NCBI GenBank assembly: GCA_951406725.2
Contig: OX597819.1
Location: 15,810,001-15,874,000 of the forward strand
From: Octopus vulgaris
Lineage: Eukaryota
Direction: 5' to 3'
Length of the DNA: 64,000 bases
This document shows, in pieces, positions 28,750-42,907 of this stretch; position 1 is the first letter of the stretch; each line of letters begins with the position of its first letter. Made by a program: the position numbers and the translations under genes. The notes under the pieces were generated by a model. That model searched no databases. It saw nothing but the letters and a program-made list of their open reading frames with translations, and was not told where the DNA came from.

Positions 28750-29918
28750 TATAAAGGGAAGTCAAGAATTATCTGCCCTTTCGCGAAAACTTTAGTTTGG
28801 CCGCACAACCTTCAGCGCTTGCGTGCTTTTTAGCACGGAGTACTTTTGTGGTTACGCGCCGAGGTTCGACTTTGATTGCTTCAGTTTTCTTTCATGTAAT
28901 CTCTGGTCTGAAGATGTGTCTGGAGCTCAAATTCATTTCAGGCTTTCAGTACAATACGTGGACTGTACTCTACCACATAGAAATGTGTATGAGTGACTTG
29001 AGAAGTTTAAAAATGACCGAACAAGCGTGAAGTACCTCTACCACTTGCATGAATATTCAACAAGCCCGGGAGATGCTTCTGGCGAACCGACGATCGATCC
29101 TCGATGAGGTGACATGTTCTCTGAAAATTAGTCATGGTTCTTTATACGAAATCATCCATGAGAAACTTCGTTTCCGTAAAGTCTTGCGAGAATGGTGCTA
29201 AGAGGACTTACCGAAGCGCATAAGCGCAATCGTGTGGAGGTCTGTCAACGCTTACTCGATCGTTACACTGATCAAGGTAAAGCTTTTTTGCAGGGAATAG
29301 TCACCAGAGATGAGACCTGAGTCCATCACTTTGTGCTAGAATCCAAAAGGCAAAGTATAGAGTGGAAGCACCCAGAATCACCAGGTGAAAAGACATTAAA
29401 GGCTCAACCTTCAGTGGAAAAGTAATGTTAACCGTTTTGTGGGGCGCAAAAAGGCCTGTACTGGAATATTACCTGGAAAAGGGGTCTACAGTGACCAGTG
29501 TTGGCTAAAGTGGAATGCTGGTCATTAAACTGAAACCAGCAATTCGCACTAAAGGCCGAGGTCAAAGCAAATGTTATCGTTGCAGGACAATGCACGCTCA
29601 CATACTGCCGTCCACACCGTCGAACCCATTGATAAATTGAGCTTCGGTTGACTGGAACCCTACGGTTTATATCTCGCCCCTTTCGACTATTACTTCTGTG
29701 GACCGCTCGGACATCCTTTACGGGGTCGTCGATTTGCAAGAAGTGGTGCATAAATGGCTGCGTGGTCAGTCGAAACACATTTTTCTGCATGGAATAAGCA
29801 AAGAAGAAATGTATCGAAAAACAAGGAGACTGTGTCGAAAAATGATGTAATTGTCCACCCCTTGCTTTTAATAAAGTACAGAAACAAGGGTACGTATAAT
29901 TTTTGACTTGCCTTCCTA
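28750..29918 (+). mobile_element. decayed near-full-length mariner transposon
   Basis: Imperfect TIRs (aagtcaagaattat / ataatttttgactt) flanked by TA; IVTRDET*VHHF..ESKRQS.EWKH, QDNARSHT, and DLAP.DY traces. Confidence 0.85.
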
Positions 29919-30078
29919 TATATATACACATCTACGTCCGCACAAAGAGTTCACACATTTATTCCTACACTTACTCCTAGAGATATACAATCATTCTATT
30001 TCTTCGTTAGGGGATTATCAAGATGCTTCGTTTTCTACCTACCTACCTACCTACCTACCTACCTACCTACCTACCTAC

Positions 30079-30173
<95 letters not shown>

Positions 30174-30189
30174 CCTATTTACCTACCTA

Positions 30190-30420
30190 ATTTCTTTATT
30201 GCCCACAAGGGGCTAAACACAGAGGAGACAAACAATGACAGGCAAACGGATGAAGTCGATTATATCGACCCCAGTGCGTAACTGGTACTTAATTTATCGA
30301 CCCCGAAAGGATGAAAGGCAAAGTCGACCTCGGCGGAATTTGACCTCAGAACGTAACGGCAGACGAAATACCGCTGAGCATTTCGCCCGGCGTGCTAACG
30401 TTTCTGCCAGCTCGCCGCCT
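30190..30420 (-). mobile_element. family-A SINE, full length
   Basis: Reverse complement of the 24425-24660 unit. Confidence 0.9.
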
Positions 30421-30539
30421 ACCTTGTTACCTACCCATCCACTTACCAATTCTGTCTTTTCTGGCATTTCTACCTCAGGTGTAAAAGATTTCAAAACTGA
30501 TGTTTAATGTATTCTTTGTCCGCTTCTGGTAAAAGTCAT

Positions 30540-31330
30540 TTTAGTATTTGGCTGTGCCGTCGATATGGCGTCCATGCTCCCAACAAAAATAGCAGGTAAG
30601 TGATGACACAAGCATCTTAGAATATAAAACTTGGTGGAAAGTTTCAAGTCTCCGCCTGACTAGATAAGTTTCTCCAGTGTTACCTATACAACTGAAGCCT
30701 TAATTTTCCAGTTGACCCTCAGAATTTTACTTCTCTCTCTCGAAACAGAGATCCCGTGATTCGCAAATGAACCCACCATAAGTTTGGACTCTTGAACAAG
30801 TATATTTGCTTCCACAAACAGTTCACTTGCACCCGATACAAATATAACATTAATCTCGTTTAAGTACAAGAGCACCAGAGAAGAGAATCACTATATTTTA
30901 AATAGCTTTCTTCAAGTGCACTTCAAGGTCACAATTAACAGCGTAGAACAAAACGAGAAGAGAGCTTGAGTTGTAAATCTTTGTTTTAGCTTTACAACAA
31001 TTCAGATTAAACAGTTTATCTATTGGACGATCGTGGACAAAGATGTTTAGATCACAATCTTGAAATCAAGGCTGCAAAGTATATGGGAAATAACGTACAG
31101 GCGTATTGCCCACCAACCTTGCTTCAAACAAGTCCAAATAGATTGGTTCCGACAGAGCACCAAATAGTCTTTCACGCCAGTGTGAAGGAGTCAAACGAAC
31201 TTAAATAGGTACTTCAGCTTTTCCAGGGTTCTCCACAGTGCATTTCCATTGACTGTGTCAAAGGCTTTTGTTAGATTAAGAAATACTAGTCTCTGCTTTA
31301 AGCATTTCTCTTGTTAATCTCTGACGCTAA
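30540..31330 (-). pseudogene. decayed LINE RT (RTE-like)
   Basis: Minus strand VFLNLTKAFDTVNGNALWRTLEKL and a KQG motif. Confidence 0.6.
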
Positions 31331-31619
31331 AGACCATTTCATTAGAGTGCCTCAACTAGATCTCATTCTTCACTAAGATGCTGGGATAACAATGGAACAC
31401 ATGAGTGTGTCTGGAAACGATTCAATAATGGTCAGATATCTAAAAATGCGACATCTTAAGTCATATGCCATAATTCCTAAAACTGTAAAGTGACATGCGA
31501 GATCTGTGATAGTCTCCTGTTACATATCTAAATTTATGACACTCCTTCGTCACATGTATCACGTGACTCAAGTTACATATCTTAATCTCTGGTAAGCATT
31601 TTATCCGATTCTAATGATT

Positions 31620-31850
31620 CTTATTTCTTTATTGCACACAAGGGGCTAAACACAGAGGGGACAAACAAGGACAGACAAAGGGATTAACTCGATTACATCG
31701 ACCCCAGTGCGTAACTGGTACTTAATTTATCGACCCCGAAAGGATGAAAGGCAAAGTCGACCTCGGCAGAATTTGAACTCAGAACGTAACGGGAGACGAA
31801 ATACGGTTACGTATTTCGCCCGGCGTACTAACGTTTCTGCCAGCTCGCCA
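31620..31850 (-). mobile_element. family-A SINE
   Basis: Near-identical to 30190-30420. Confidence 0.9.
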
Positions 31851-32379
31851 TCTTATTGAGTATACTTAATCCTGGCAAAATTGGCAGTGTTGGACAAAAT
31901 TTATTGAGGTGTTTCGATCTGTCTACGTTCTGAGTTCTAATCCCACCTAAGTCGATGCTACTTTTCTTTAATTAATTAAGTCCCAATTTTGTCTTGAAGA
32001 AAAATATTGATATTTCTGAAGATGATCTTTGCATATTTTTCAACGATTTGAGTCCGTATGGAGCGACGAGTAGATTTGTAAATGTGAGGAATTTGATGTA
32101 AATCTCGATGTATCCCAAATGGCAGCAGGCGATTCCTGGCAGAAACACTGATGTGGATCAAATAAAAGTAAAAGAATTGGTAAATGAAAACGGAACTGTA
32201 GTGGACAGCGAGATTTTTCATCGCAGACTGGACATCATATTTCTGGATGTCGGAACAACAGGGGGAGGCCTCTATGTGGACACGCAACTTCCTTAGAGTG
32301 TCAGCCAAATCTCCCTTAAATCACATGCTACCCTCTTGAAAAAAGGACATTTTGGAGAAAGTGGCCCTGGGTTGAATGG

Positions 32380-32839
32380 GTGCTTCGAGCTGGAAACAAA
32401 TACACAGATTCTGTGAAACAGAAGTTTCAGTGAAACTGTTCCAAAAACTGTTGTTCCACATCGTGACACTGTGCAGGGATTTGATACGAAAATTTAGAAA
32501 CAGAGGTTCAGTGGAAGACACAGCATGAAGCGGTAGGCCTCTTGTTCTTTCAGACGAAACACTCTCCAATATTTCTGATAAACTTTTGGAAAACCCGTCA
32601 AAGTCCTTACGCAAATTGCCACAGGAAACGGAAATCAGCCTAGGAAGTGCTCACACGGCAGTTAAAAAGAAAATAAATTTTATGTATTGAAAATGAAGGA
32701 CAACACTTTCAACACCTCTTATAAAGTTTTTTAAAGATTAATAAAGTCTAATATATTCTTTTGTAGTCTTTTACCATCTTCTAAATATTTATTTTGCAAT
32801 ATAATACCTACTGCGGAGAGACTATTTGAACACTCTGTA
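32380..32839 (+). mobile_element. internally deleted Tc1/mariner (DUF4817-type HTH) element
   Basis: LIRKFR..GSVED...SGRP...PSKSLRKL..E..IS joined directly to C-terminal CIENEGQHFQHLL*; ends in TIR ttgaacactctg|TA. Confidence 0.7.
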
Positions 32840-32854
32840 TTAAATTAAAGAAGA

Positions 32855-33170
32855 CTCCGCCGGTTACGACGACGAGGGTCCCAGCTGATACGATCAACGG
32901 AACAGCTTGCTCGTGAAATTAACGTGCAAATGGCTGAGCATTCCACAGACACGTGTACCCTTAACGTAGTTCTCGGGGATAATCAGCGTGACACAGAGAG
33001 TGACAAGGCTGACCCTTTGAAATACAAGTACAGCTCATTTTTGCCAGCTGAGTGGACTGGAGCAACGTGAAATAAAGTGTCTTGCTCAAGGACACAACGC
33101 GTCGCCGGGAATCGAACTCACAACCTTACGATCATGAGTCGAATGCCCTAACCACTAAGCCACGCGCCCT
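32855..33170 (-). mobile_element. family-B SINE, full length
   Basis: Minus strand ggcgcgtggcttagtggttaggg...gagttcgattccc...ccttgagcaagacacttt. Confidence 0.9.
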
Positions 33171-33497
33171 TATTAAATTAACCACAAATGGAAACCACAA
33201 ACTTTTGTTCGTGAACGCAACACCTTAGCCAGTTGGCGACTTACGTTCACATCATTTGATAGATGAGATGGGGGAGATTATTGAGGAAAGTTACTCTCAT
33301 ACATTGAGAAAAGATTTGTATTTATTGCAGTTGTTATTTTGTATAAGCGCGTGACTCAATGGCTAGCATGTTAGGCATATGATTACATAGTAGCGGTTTC
33401 GAATCCTGGATCCGGTAGAGCGTCTCGTTCTTGCGTAAAATACATTATTTTCACGTTGCTCCAGACAACTCAGCGGATAACAAGATAGATAGATAAT

Positions 33498-33498
33498 C

Positions 33499-33533
<35 letters not shown>

Positions 33534-33656
33534 GCGCAGGAGTGGCTGTGTGGTAAGTAGCTTGCTTACCAACAACATGGTTCCGGGTTCAGTCCCACTG
33601 CGTGCCGTCTTGGGCAAGTGTCGTCTACTATAGCCTCGGGGTGAAAAAAGCGCTGT
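33498..33656 (+). mobile_element. truncated family-C SINE head with (GATA)n flank
   Basis: Shares private variants with the 38227-38412 copy. Confidence 0.85.
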
Positions 33657-34097
33657 CAGTTGATGCTGTAGCTCCATCTGTCTTTCCCAGCCATCACTGA
33701 CTGCCTCGATGTTCCGCAGGGTCAACAAAAGTGAGAGGCCGACGAGGCATCTAGGACGGACAGGGTTGTCTTAAGCTGACACAGTGCCTGGGGCCGACTG
33801 GGGGTGCCTGTTTGCTGGCGACTCCACAGACTCCTGAATCAATTAATGAAAACGTGGTACGTATTATGAAGCCATATTCGATCCCTTGTGGCAGATAAGC
33901 AAGTTGTTGTTGTTGCAGCAGCGGCAGGTTTTTTTTTTTGTAATAATCTCTGTTGTTGTTATTGAGTTACCTTGGTTAGCTTTGCAAGAGTTGACCTTTG
34001 CCACAAAGGTCACCCGTTGAGCGTCTTAAGTAGACGCTGTGTGACCTTCCATTCTCTTTACGAATGTAGTAGACTTAGACAGTAATGTCGGGTGGTT

Positions 34098-34566
34098 GCG
34101 TGTGCGCATGTGTGTGAGTGCATGTGTTTGAGTGTATGTGTGTGAGTGTATGTGTGTGAGTGCATGTGTGTGAGTGTATGTGTGTGAGTGTATGTGTGTG
34201 AGTGCATGTGTGTGAGTGTATGTGTGTGAGTGTATGTGTGTGAGTGCATGTGTGTGAGTGTATGTGTGCGAGTGTATGTGTGTGTATGTCGTGCGTGTGC
34301 TTGTGTGTGTATGCGCGCGCATGTGAGTGCGTGTGTATATGTAGTGGGTGCATGTGCATGTGTGTATATGCGCTCGCGCGTGTATTTGGTGAGTTTGTGT
34401 GTGAGTGTATATGTATGTGTGTGTGCGTTTAGTGAGTTTGTGTGTGTATGAGAGTGTATGTGTGTGTGAGTGTATGTGTGTGAGTGTACATATGTGTGTG
34501 TATTTGGTGAGTTTGTGTGTGTGTGAATGTATGTGTGTGTGCGTATGTGTGTGTGTGTGTGTGTGA
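34098..34566. repeat. (TG)-rich minisatellite (gtgtgagtgtat/gtgtgagtgcat units)
   Basis: Read directly. Confidence 0.9.
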
Positions 34567-34990
34567 ATCAGAACAGGTACACCAAACAAGATAGGTATTC
34601 CCTGTTTACAAGTCTGATTGTAAACAAACAACGAACTCCTTACAACCCAGGGCCTCATCCCTTCCAGGTCAGGCTCCCTCCTTGACAAACAAAATACAAT
34701 AGATCATAATTTTGATTTTATCAGTAAATTTCCCAATTCTGTTTTATCAGCTGTTGTGGTGTGTGGGCGGGGTGTTTGTGTGTGGGTGGAGTTAAGGTCA
34801 TATGTGGATGTTGTGAGGGTGGTGTGGAGGAAGTGGTATGGGTTGAACGCGGCTGGTGCGAGGGTGGTGTGTGCGTGAGGAGGAGTGGATGGTGGAGTGG
34901 AACAGAACGGCGTGTAAATAGGTTGTGGTTGTGTGTGTGTGCGTGTGTATGACTAGATGTAAATATGTTATTCACACGACGCATATATTC

Positions 34991-35067
<77 letters not shown>

Positions 35068-35240
35068 CATGTGTGTGTGTATGTATATATATATATATAT
35101 ATACGCATACACACGTACATACATATAGGCATACATACATGTCTGTGTGTGTGTACAGAATAGCACAGGTGCAATTGTATATATGTCGAAAAGTATTGGA
35201 GGCATACATACACATAGACACGCACATACACACACACTCA

Positions 35241-35294
<54 letters not shown>

Positions 35295-35338
35295 AAGGAC
35301 GTGCATGTGTGTATGTGTATTTATATATGTAGATAATT

Positions 35339-35375
<37 letters not shown>

Positions 35376-35854
35376 GAGAGAGGGCGTGAGAAGTATAGTG
35401 AGAAAGAGTAAACGAGTGAGAGAGAAAGAGAGAGAGAGAGAGAGGGAGAGAGAGAGAGAAAGACAGAAAAAGAAAGCGAGAGTGGGAGAGAGAGGCAGAT
35501 CCTCTCCTATTTCTTTGTATCTCTCTTTTCTGTACTTAATAAGTTAACATTTACCTTAATGATGATGACTTCAATGTGTAATATACAATCAACCTTAATT
35601 AATTAATAATTTAATTAAGAGCTCAGGAAATACATGAAATATTTGTTTATTAATTGTTCCTAGGGATCTGATGGGTGGTCTCCGCTCTGAGAGTGTTTAA
35701 TACGGAAACGGACTGGAATTTTGATTGAGAACTGGCAGATAACTTACAGCGGTCTGAGCGGTGTAATAAATTATCTGCCTTCTGAATAATAACTGTAAAC
35801 ATGGCAGCTGGTAGGGAAAAAGAAACATAACAACCAGATCACGTGATGTGTGAG

Positions 35855-35897
<43 letters not shown>

Positions 35898-36043
35898 CAC
35901 ACGCACATACACACATAAAAATGTGAGCAGAATGAAGAGCAAAGTGGTAGATTTACATATAGATGTATATTTGTATGTAATGTATGGTAAAGTGTGTGTA
36001 CGTTTGTGTGTGTGAATGGATGTATGAATGCTCAGATGTACGG

Positions 36044-36122
<79 letters not shown>

Positions 36123-37104
36123 ACAACAACCCTACCACATAAACTAGAAACCCTCTACTATTACCCATACCATAATCAGAATCCCCATGAAGGACATTCA
36201 TACAGTATGAAGGACATTCATACAGAAGGACATTCATACAGAATATACAACAAAACCATCACAAACCAAGAGATCCTGAAAGATGTCCAACGCTACGAGA
36301 ACTAGAATTTCAATGTAGGATAACTGGGAACTACGAGAACAAACGGTGCAAAAGGTTCACAGTCAACAAACACGTCAAACTATGCATCCATCGTCTGCTG
36401 TTAAATAGATCTCGTTATGGTTTCGGCACCATGGCTGTACCATTCAATTCAGCGGTGTCAGTAGCGCTGAAAACATAAACCATGCCGAGAATTTAAATAT
36501 AAGAAGCAGGAGCAAAACATTAGCACATTACGCGTGTCCATTACGTCTACACCCGCTTATTGTTACAAATGCAAGCACAAATCTCAAACAAATCGTTTCA
36601 TAGCTATAGGTACGAAGCACAGAAATTGAAAGAAAATATTGCGTAGAAAACAGGAATATCCACAGAATAAACATTGGCATCTCAAGAATTATAGGATTTA
36701 AAACGATCTAGCGAACTAAATGTATAGAACAAAATTATTGAACGTAGTCGAAACACACATTGCCAATTCATAGAACGAAAAATAATAATAACCCAAGAAA
36801 TAACCAACATAGAACTGAAAACATAGATTAATTAAAGAACTTGAATCAATAGACATTGCTCTACCACAATCTATAACATGTATTTAAAACACAAAACAAA
36901 ATTAAAACGAGCCAAGCATAAACTAACGGAATAACATATCATTTTAACTAACAGGCTTCAATTTTTTCTTTAAACAAAACGATATAGGAATTAACCTATA
37001 TAGATCAATACCTATTAGATAGAAGCCCTCATTATAGAACTTATATCAAAACAAATATTTCACCTAAAGAAATTTAAAGATAATAATTCATCTAAAGAAA
37101 CTTA

Positions 37105-37680
37105 AGACCTCCGCCAAGACAACACCAACGTTCTCTCAACGATTAACCAGAGATGATTTTTAAAATGAGAATATCTGAAATAAACTCGATTGCTCTCACA
37201 AACGAGAATGCTAAATATGAACCCGACAGCTCCCAAAAATAAAAAAAAAAAAACCGGAAAAATAATCCAGAATCCTTGTCCGGTACCTGATGGATCCCAA
37301 TGGTAGTCATGGAATGTGAAGGTAGCTGTGGAAAATTTAGTAACAGTAATAAATAGTTTATCCTTATGTAATACAAGCCAAAATTAACAAATTCATCATT
37401 CAAAATAGTTACAGTCTAAAGGGAGATAATTGAGAAAGACTTGAAAGTTAACGTAAGATCGTAATCACGTAAAGTAGATATAACAAATGATCCAGAATCC
37501 TTGTCCGGTGCCGGATCGATCCCAAAATCTAATCAGTTCGTGCAAGTCACACGGGGCCAAACGTCCCTGAATGTTTCACCCGAATCCATCAAGCGGTTCT
37601 TGAGATATCTTGTCCGCGGACAAACAAACAAATACGACTGAAAACAATACCTCCGTCTTCGCTAAGGCAGAGGTAATTAA
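37105..37680 (-). mobile_element. second HINE copy with internal duplication/insertion
   Basis: Reverse complement of 23747-24122; atccagaatccttgtccggt occurs twice, separated by about 190 bp of other DNA. Confidence 0.75.
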
Positions 37681-38123
37681 CTAAAACACCGAAATCGTAA
37701 CGAAAATACTAACTTAAAACATGATTGAAACAATCTAAACGGAATAACACATACCAGGCATGGCTCGTCAGAATGGTGAATTGGACAGGAGGTACTAATA
37801 TATTCGAAGAACAAATTCCAAGAATGTTGGCAAGTAAGACGAAGGCTGAAGTTTCGATTGTTGGATACGAATTCAGTGCATACCTCTCATATATATATAT
37901 ATTTCCCTGTAAATTTGGATTTATTCCCTAATATTTATTATTATTATATATATATATAAATGTATGTGTATTTTTCAATGTGTACAAATTTTCACACACG
38001 AGGAATACCAAAGACTAGAATTGGTAGTATACCATAAGAATACTACCGGCTATTTGGGAATTCTAAGGGTGAACGAGCTCTATTTGTACTGTTATGCGTT
38101 CTTAAAAGAACACACCTCAACTA

Positions 38124-38412
<289 letters not shown>

Positions 38413-38496
38413 TATATATATATATATGTCTGTCAGTCTGTCAGTCTATCTATCTGTCTGTCAGTCTGTCTGTCTATCTATCTGTCTGTTTGTCTG

Positions 38497-38584
<88 letters not shown>

Positions 38585-39245
38585 ACTATCTATCTATCTA
38601 TCTATCTACATGCATACGCATCTTTATGAATATTATCAGTATTCGAAGCAGTGAGTAATCTTAGCAATGCGAAAAACAAAATTACGCTCTATTTTTGGTA
38701 TTGAGTACTTTTCCCCTTGTTTTTAAATTTAAAATGTGCGTACACACTAACATACACGCACACATACAGACACACGTGTACCCAAACACACAACATACAC
38801 AAACATCGTTTCTATTTCTTTGTGGCCCCATTTCAATTCTTTTCCACCTCTTTGTCGAAGTATTTTATCCGAAACGTTAGATTCTGCATTTCTTTACATT
38901 TGGCCATTGTTATTGTTTTGTTTTATCAAATTGTTTCCATCTTTTCTCCAACTCATGTTTTGTTTGTCTAACTTTACTCATTGTTTGTTTGTGACCTTGT
39001 TATCTTATCATCTGCTGCGTGGTGCTATGCTAGGACTTGTCTATTTTAATCTTGTTGTTGTTGCTCTTCTTCTTCTTCTTCTTCTTCTTCTTCTTCTTCT
39101 TCTTCTTCTTCTTCTTCTTCTTCTTCTTCTTCTTCTTCTTCTTCTTCTTCTTCTTCTACTTCTTCTTCTGCTTCTTCTTCTTCTGCTTCTTCTTCTGCTG
39201 CTGCTGTTGCTTCTTCTTCTTCTGCTGCTGCTGGTGCTGTCGCCC

Positions 39246-39323
<78 letters not shown>

Positions 39324-39331
39324 TACACATA

Positions 39332-39375
<44 letters not shown>

Positions 39376-39378
<3 letters not shown>

Positions 39379-39520
39379 AGAGTTTACGAAAAAAAACAAC
39401 AAAAGACAAAGACAGGTGGTGTACCAAACAAACAGATGTATTAGTATAACGCTCAGGAATAGAAAAAGTCTTTTACATTTCGAGCCTACGCTCTTCTACA
39501 GAAAGGGACACAGAAAAAAC
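39376..39520 (-). mobile_element. short (TA)n-inserted PLE-like terminal element carrying a hammerhead-like motif
   Basis: Homologous to 59360-59543 and 60903-61070; the 3' end abuts (TA)n. Confidence 0.7.
39470..39505 (-). ncRNA. minimal hammerhead-like motif, variant core
   Basis: CUUU CUGUAGA a GAGC-guag-GCUC GAAA UGUA AAAG. Confidence 0.55.
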
Positions 39521-39528
39521 ACACACAC

Positions 39529-39622
<94 letters not shown>

Positions 39623-39689
39623 CCTCGTGAATACCATCGGCGATTTTTTTTCCTCTGTCCTCCCGTCTCGGGATCCTTCCTTCTCCAAT

Positions 39690-39724
39690 GTTTCCGACGA
39701 AGAGCTCCGCTCGAAACGTCAAAC
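39690..39724 (+). ncRNA. minimal type I hammerhead ribozyme (U4C variant)
   Basis: GUUU CCGACGA a GAGC-ucc-GCUC GAAA CGUC AAAC; stem I GUUU/AAAC and GUC cleavage triplet. Confidence 0.7.
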
Positions 39725-39816
39725 CCTCCTTCTTCCCTTCTTTCCTGAGCGTCCAATAATACTTTATTTGTTCCACATCCTTGCGTTGTTGTCTTTTTGT
39801 TTTCTTGTTTGGATTA

Positions 39817-39926
<110 letters not shown>

Positions 39927-40039
39927 ATTATGTAAATATGTATGGGTTTATGTATGTATGGATATATATATTCAGATATGCATGAATGCATGCGTGTATA
40001 TTCGTGTGTGTGAGCATGCATGTATGTATGTGTAAGTGG

Positions 40040-41200
40040 AGCAAGAAAAAAAGCGAGCGCACATTACAAGTATTTTAGCAAAGTAGTGTTCAAGTGGAGG
40101 GATTGTGTGATTTCATAGTAGCTGCGTGGCATTTTGTATAGAAGGCATATGGTGTGATGATAGTGTGGTGAGGGTGGTCCTCTCGTGGTTTGCAATGGGA
40201 AGACTTTGTTATGGTACGTCACTGAAAGTTCATACCATCTTAGTGTGTTATTGTATGGTCGCATGTGCAGGCAGCCCATGGATGTATGGCAGTATATGAG
40301 TTATGCCCTGTACAGAGTGGAAGGAGAGAGATTTCGATATCAGGGGTAAGGATTTCGATGCCGTGCGTAACGTAAATAGTGGTGTAATAAGTACATGGTG
40401 TGGAGAGAAGAGAAAGGAGAAGAGGAAGGAGGGAGTGAGTAAGAGAAGGTTTTGTGTTTATAGCTAACTGGGAGGTAACTGGACTCTTGTTGAAATAAGA
40501 ATGCGCTTGAAGTCTTCACGATTGAAGAGCGTCGAATGTGAACAACGAAAAATGTGTCTTCTGTTTCGTTTACGATGTTTCCTAGCGCGGAGTCATAATT
40601 CTAAGTTTTCTGTCGAGCACAAGTTTCATCTGCCATCTCGTCCGTTTATATATTTTTCCTTTTCGGCAATATTTCACCTGAAGGTAGGGTTACTTATAAT
40701 CTCCCTACAAGTATTGAAAGCGAAGTGGAAGTTTCCTTATTTTGTCTGAATGAAATGTTTTGTGAGTATCAGGTTTTAAATTTGTTTTTCGCGAATTTGA
40801 TATATTGTCTTCTGTGTCCTTTTGGTGTTTAGGACGACAGCTCAATACAGCTTTGTTCCAGGCATTTGATGCTTAGAGAACAGTAGCGCTGGGAATGTTG
40901 CGCATTATTCGCTATTTCATTACTGTGCTTAAGTATCTGCAATCTTAAACAACCGCAATCAACTTTCGCATCAACCTTATTGATGATTTTGTGATATACC
41001 TGTGTTCTCGATATATTCCACGTGTTTATCCTTCCGTGTGCTGTGGAGTATACTTGTTTCTCTGGAGTATATTTGTTTCTCTGAAGAAGAAAAATAACTC
41101 ATCTCATCCTGATAAACTGGCAGTTGCTGTCCTGAGAATTATTTTCTGTTTCATCAAAGTCATACCTGGACGAGAAAGGATTTATACATTTCTTCAATGC
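40040..41200 (-). pseudogene. possible highly decayed PLE coding remnant
   Basis: Only faint RT-like traces; lies between hammerhead-bearing elements. Confidence 0.25.
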
Positions 41201-41288
41201 GAGATTTATGCTAATCCCCCCACCAAAAAAACCCCCAAAAAACTGCTCTTTCCATCATTTTGGCTCCAGATATGAATTTTGGCAGATC

Positions 41289-41548
41289 GCAAATGAATAA
41301 TATTTCGTTTTTGGATTTGGTTTGCAAGATTCTTTATATGAGTTCGTGTGTTGAAGCATATTCTGTTGTGTCTTGGGAGAGTCATTTTCTTTTTGTGCCT
41401 TATAATGTAACACACTCACCGGTAAAATTTCCACTTCTTTCTTATTTTAAAAAATAAGAAATAAGTGGAAATTTCACCAGTGCGTGTGTTAAATCATAAG
41501 GCACAAAACGAAAAATGACTCTCCCCAGACACAACAGCAAATGAATAA
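41289..41548. mobile_element. asymmetric fold-back (inverted) insertion with 12-bp TSD
   Basis: Arms about 41308-41448 and 41451-41537 are reverse complements; gcaaatgaataa at 41289 and 41537. Confidence 0.8.
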
Positions 41549-42210
41549 ATTTTACACTCTACTTCCAGTTTTGAGTACTATTGCATCAGCTCGTGTATGA
41601 ATGAGTTTGTATGTGTGTGTGTTTGTATGTGCGTTTGTGTGTGTGTGTGTGTGTGCATGCATGTGTATGCGTGTGTAAGCTAAAAGGTTTGTCTCAAGAG
41701 TTTCCCCCTCCCCCCAAATTACCCGCAAACTGAGTGGAGCGACACCCGGAAACATTTGACAATCTGAAGCTCCTGATAGATGGTTGTACAACAGCAGTAA
41801 CAACAACATTTGTGTGTAATGTGTATGTGTGTGTACGAGTGTCTGTGTGTTTGTGTGTGTAAGAGCGAAACAGAGAGGGAAGGAAAGTGGGGGGGAGAGA
41901 AGGTGGTGGTAGGGGTGGGGGCTGTTGAAGTAATCTCTGTACCAAATGATTAAGTGGCAAACAGATAAAACTGGTTGGTTGTAGAGGATATTTTATTGGA
42001 AGGCAGGAAATGAATGGTATGCACAGGTTTATGGTGGCGGCGGAGGTGGAGGTAGTCGTGTGTTGAAGGTGTGGGGGGGGGGGTAAAGATGGGGGTGGTA
42101 TTAGTAGGAGTTAAGGTGAAGGTTGTAGTAGTAGTAATGGTGGTGGTAGAGGTGGTGACTGACGTGGTGATTGCGGTGGTAGTGGTCTGTAATGGTTTTT
42201 AAGTGGCAAC

Positions 42211-42248
<38 letters not shown>

Positions 42249-42594
42249 CAGCAGCAGCAGCAGCAGCAGCAACAGTAACAGCAGCAGCAGTAACAGCAGC
42301 AGTAGTAGTAATAGTAGAAAAGGTTTGGGTTAAAGTAGAAATAGCGGTGGTAGTAGTTGTGGTAGTGGTAGTAATAGTAATAGTAGAGGTGGTAGTCAGA
42401 TCATTATATATTATGATCGTCCCCTCGAAATCGGATATTGGCCGTATTAAGTAAATGTGAGTTATTCCCAGGGTTAAGGAACACGGGGCCCTGATTGTAT
42501 AAGAAGGTATCGGAGGTAAGAACAACACCTTGAATACATACATACATACACACATACATACATACATACACACATACATACATACACACATACA

Positions 42595-42627
<33 letters not shown>

Positions 42628-42721
42628 TTTATTATTTCGTTAGAGCTCAATATGCATAAGCTTCAGAACAAAGAGTCAGTTGAGTACAGAGCAGTAATAA
42701 GAAATTGCGCTCTATGTTTGA

Positions 42722-42802
42722 AGCTCTGATGAAGCTGTAGGGTGATACGCAAGCACTCAACTATGTGTGCATGTCATCTTACAGCGGAAACAACTGTAAG
42801 CT
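42722..42802 (+). ncRNA. type I hammerhead ribozyme with long stem II
   Basis: AGCU CUGAUGA a[GCUGUAGGGUGAUACGCA...UGCAUGUCAUCUUACAGC]g GAAA C-aacu-G UA AGCU. Confidence 0.75.
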
Positions 42803-42864
42803 AATGTAGTTCATAACATAATTGTTTATTTCATTGTCATTTTAATTTCTCATTTCTCTCGCTC

Positions 42865-42907
<43 letters not shown>

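Noticed and set aside
32040-32300. Possible APE endonuclease fragment of an L1/Tx1-like element
   Set aside because: Motif resemblance too weak to call.
33080-33170. tRNA gene-like sequences (also 1446, 11920, 18240, 54620)
   Set aside because: They are SINE heads continuing into CORE-like bodies, with no complete cloverleaf.
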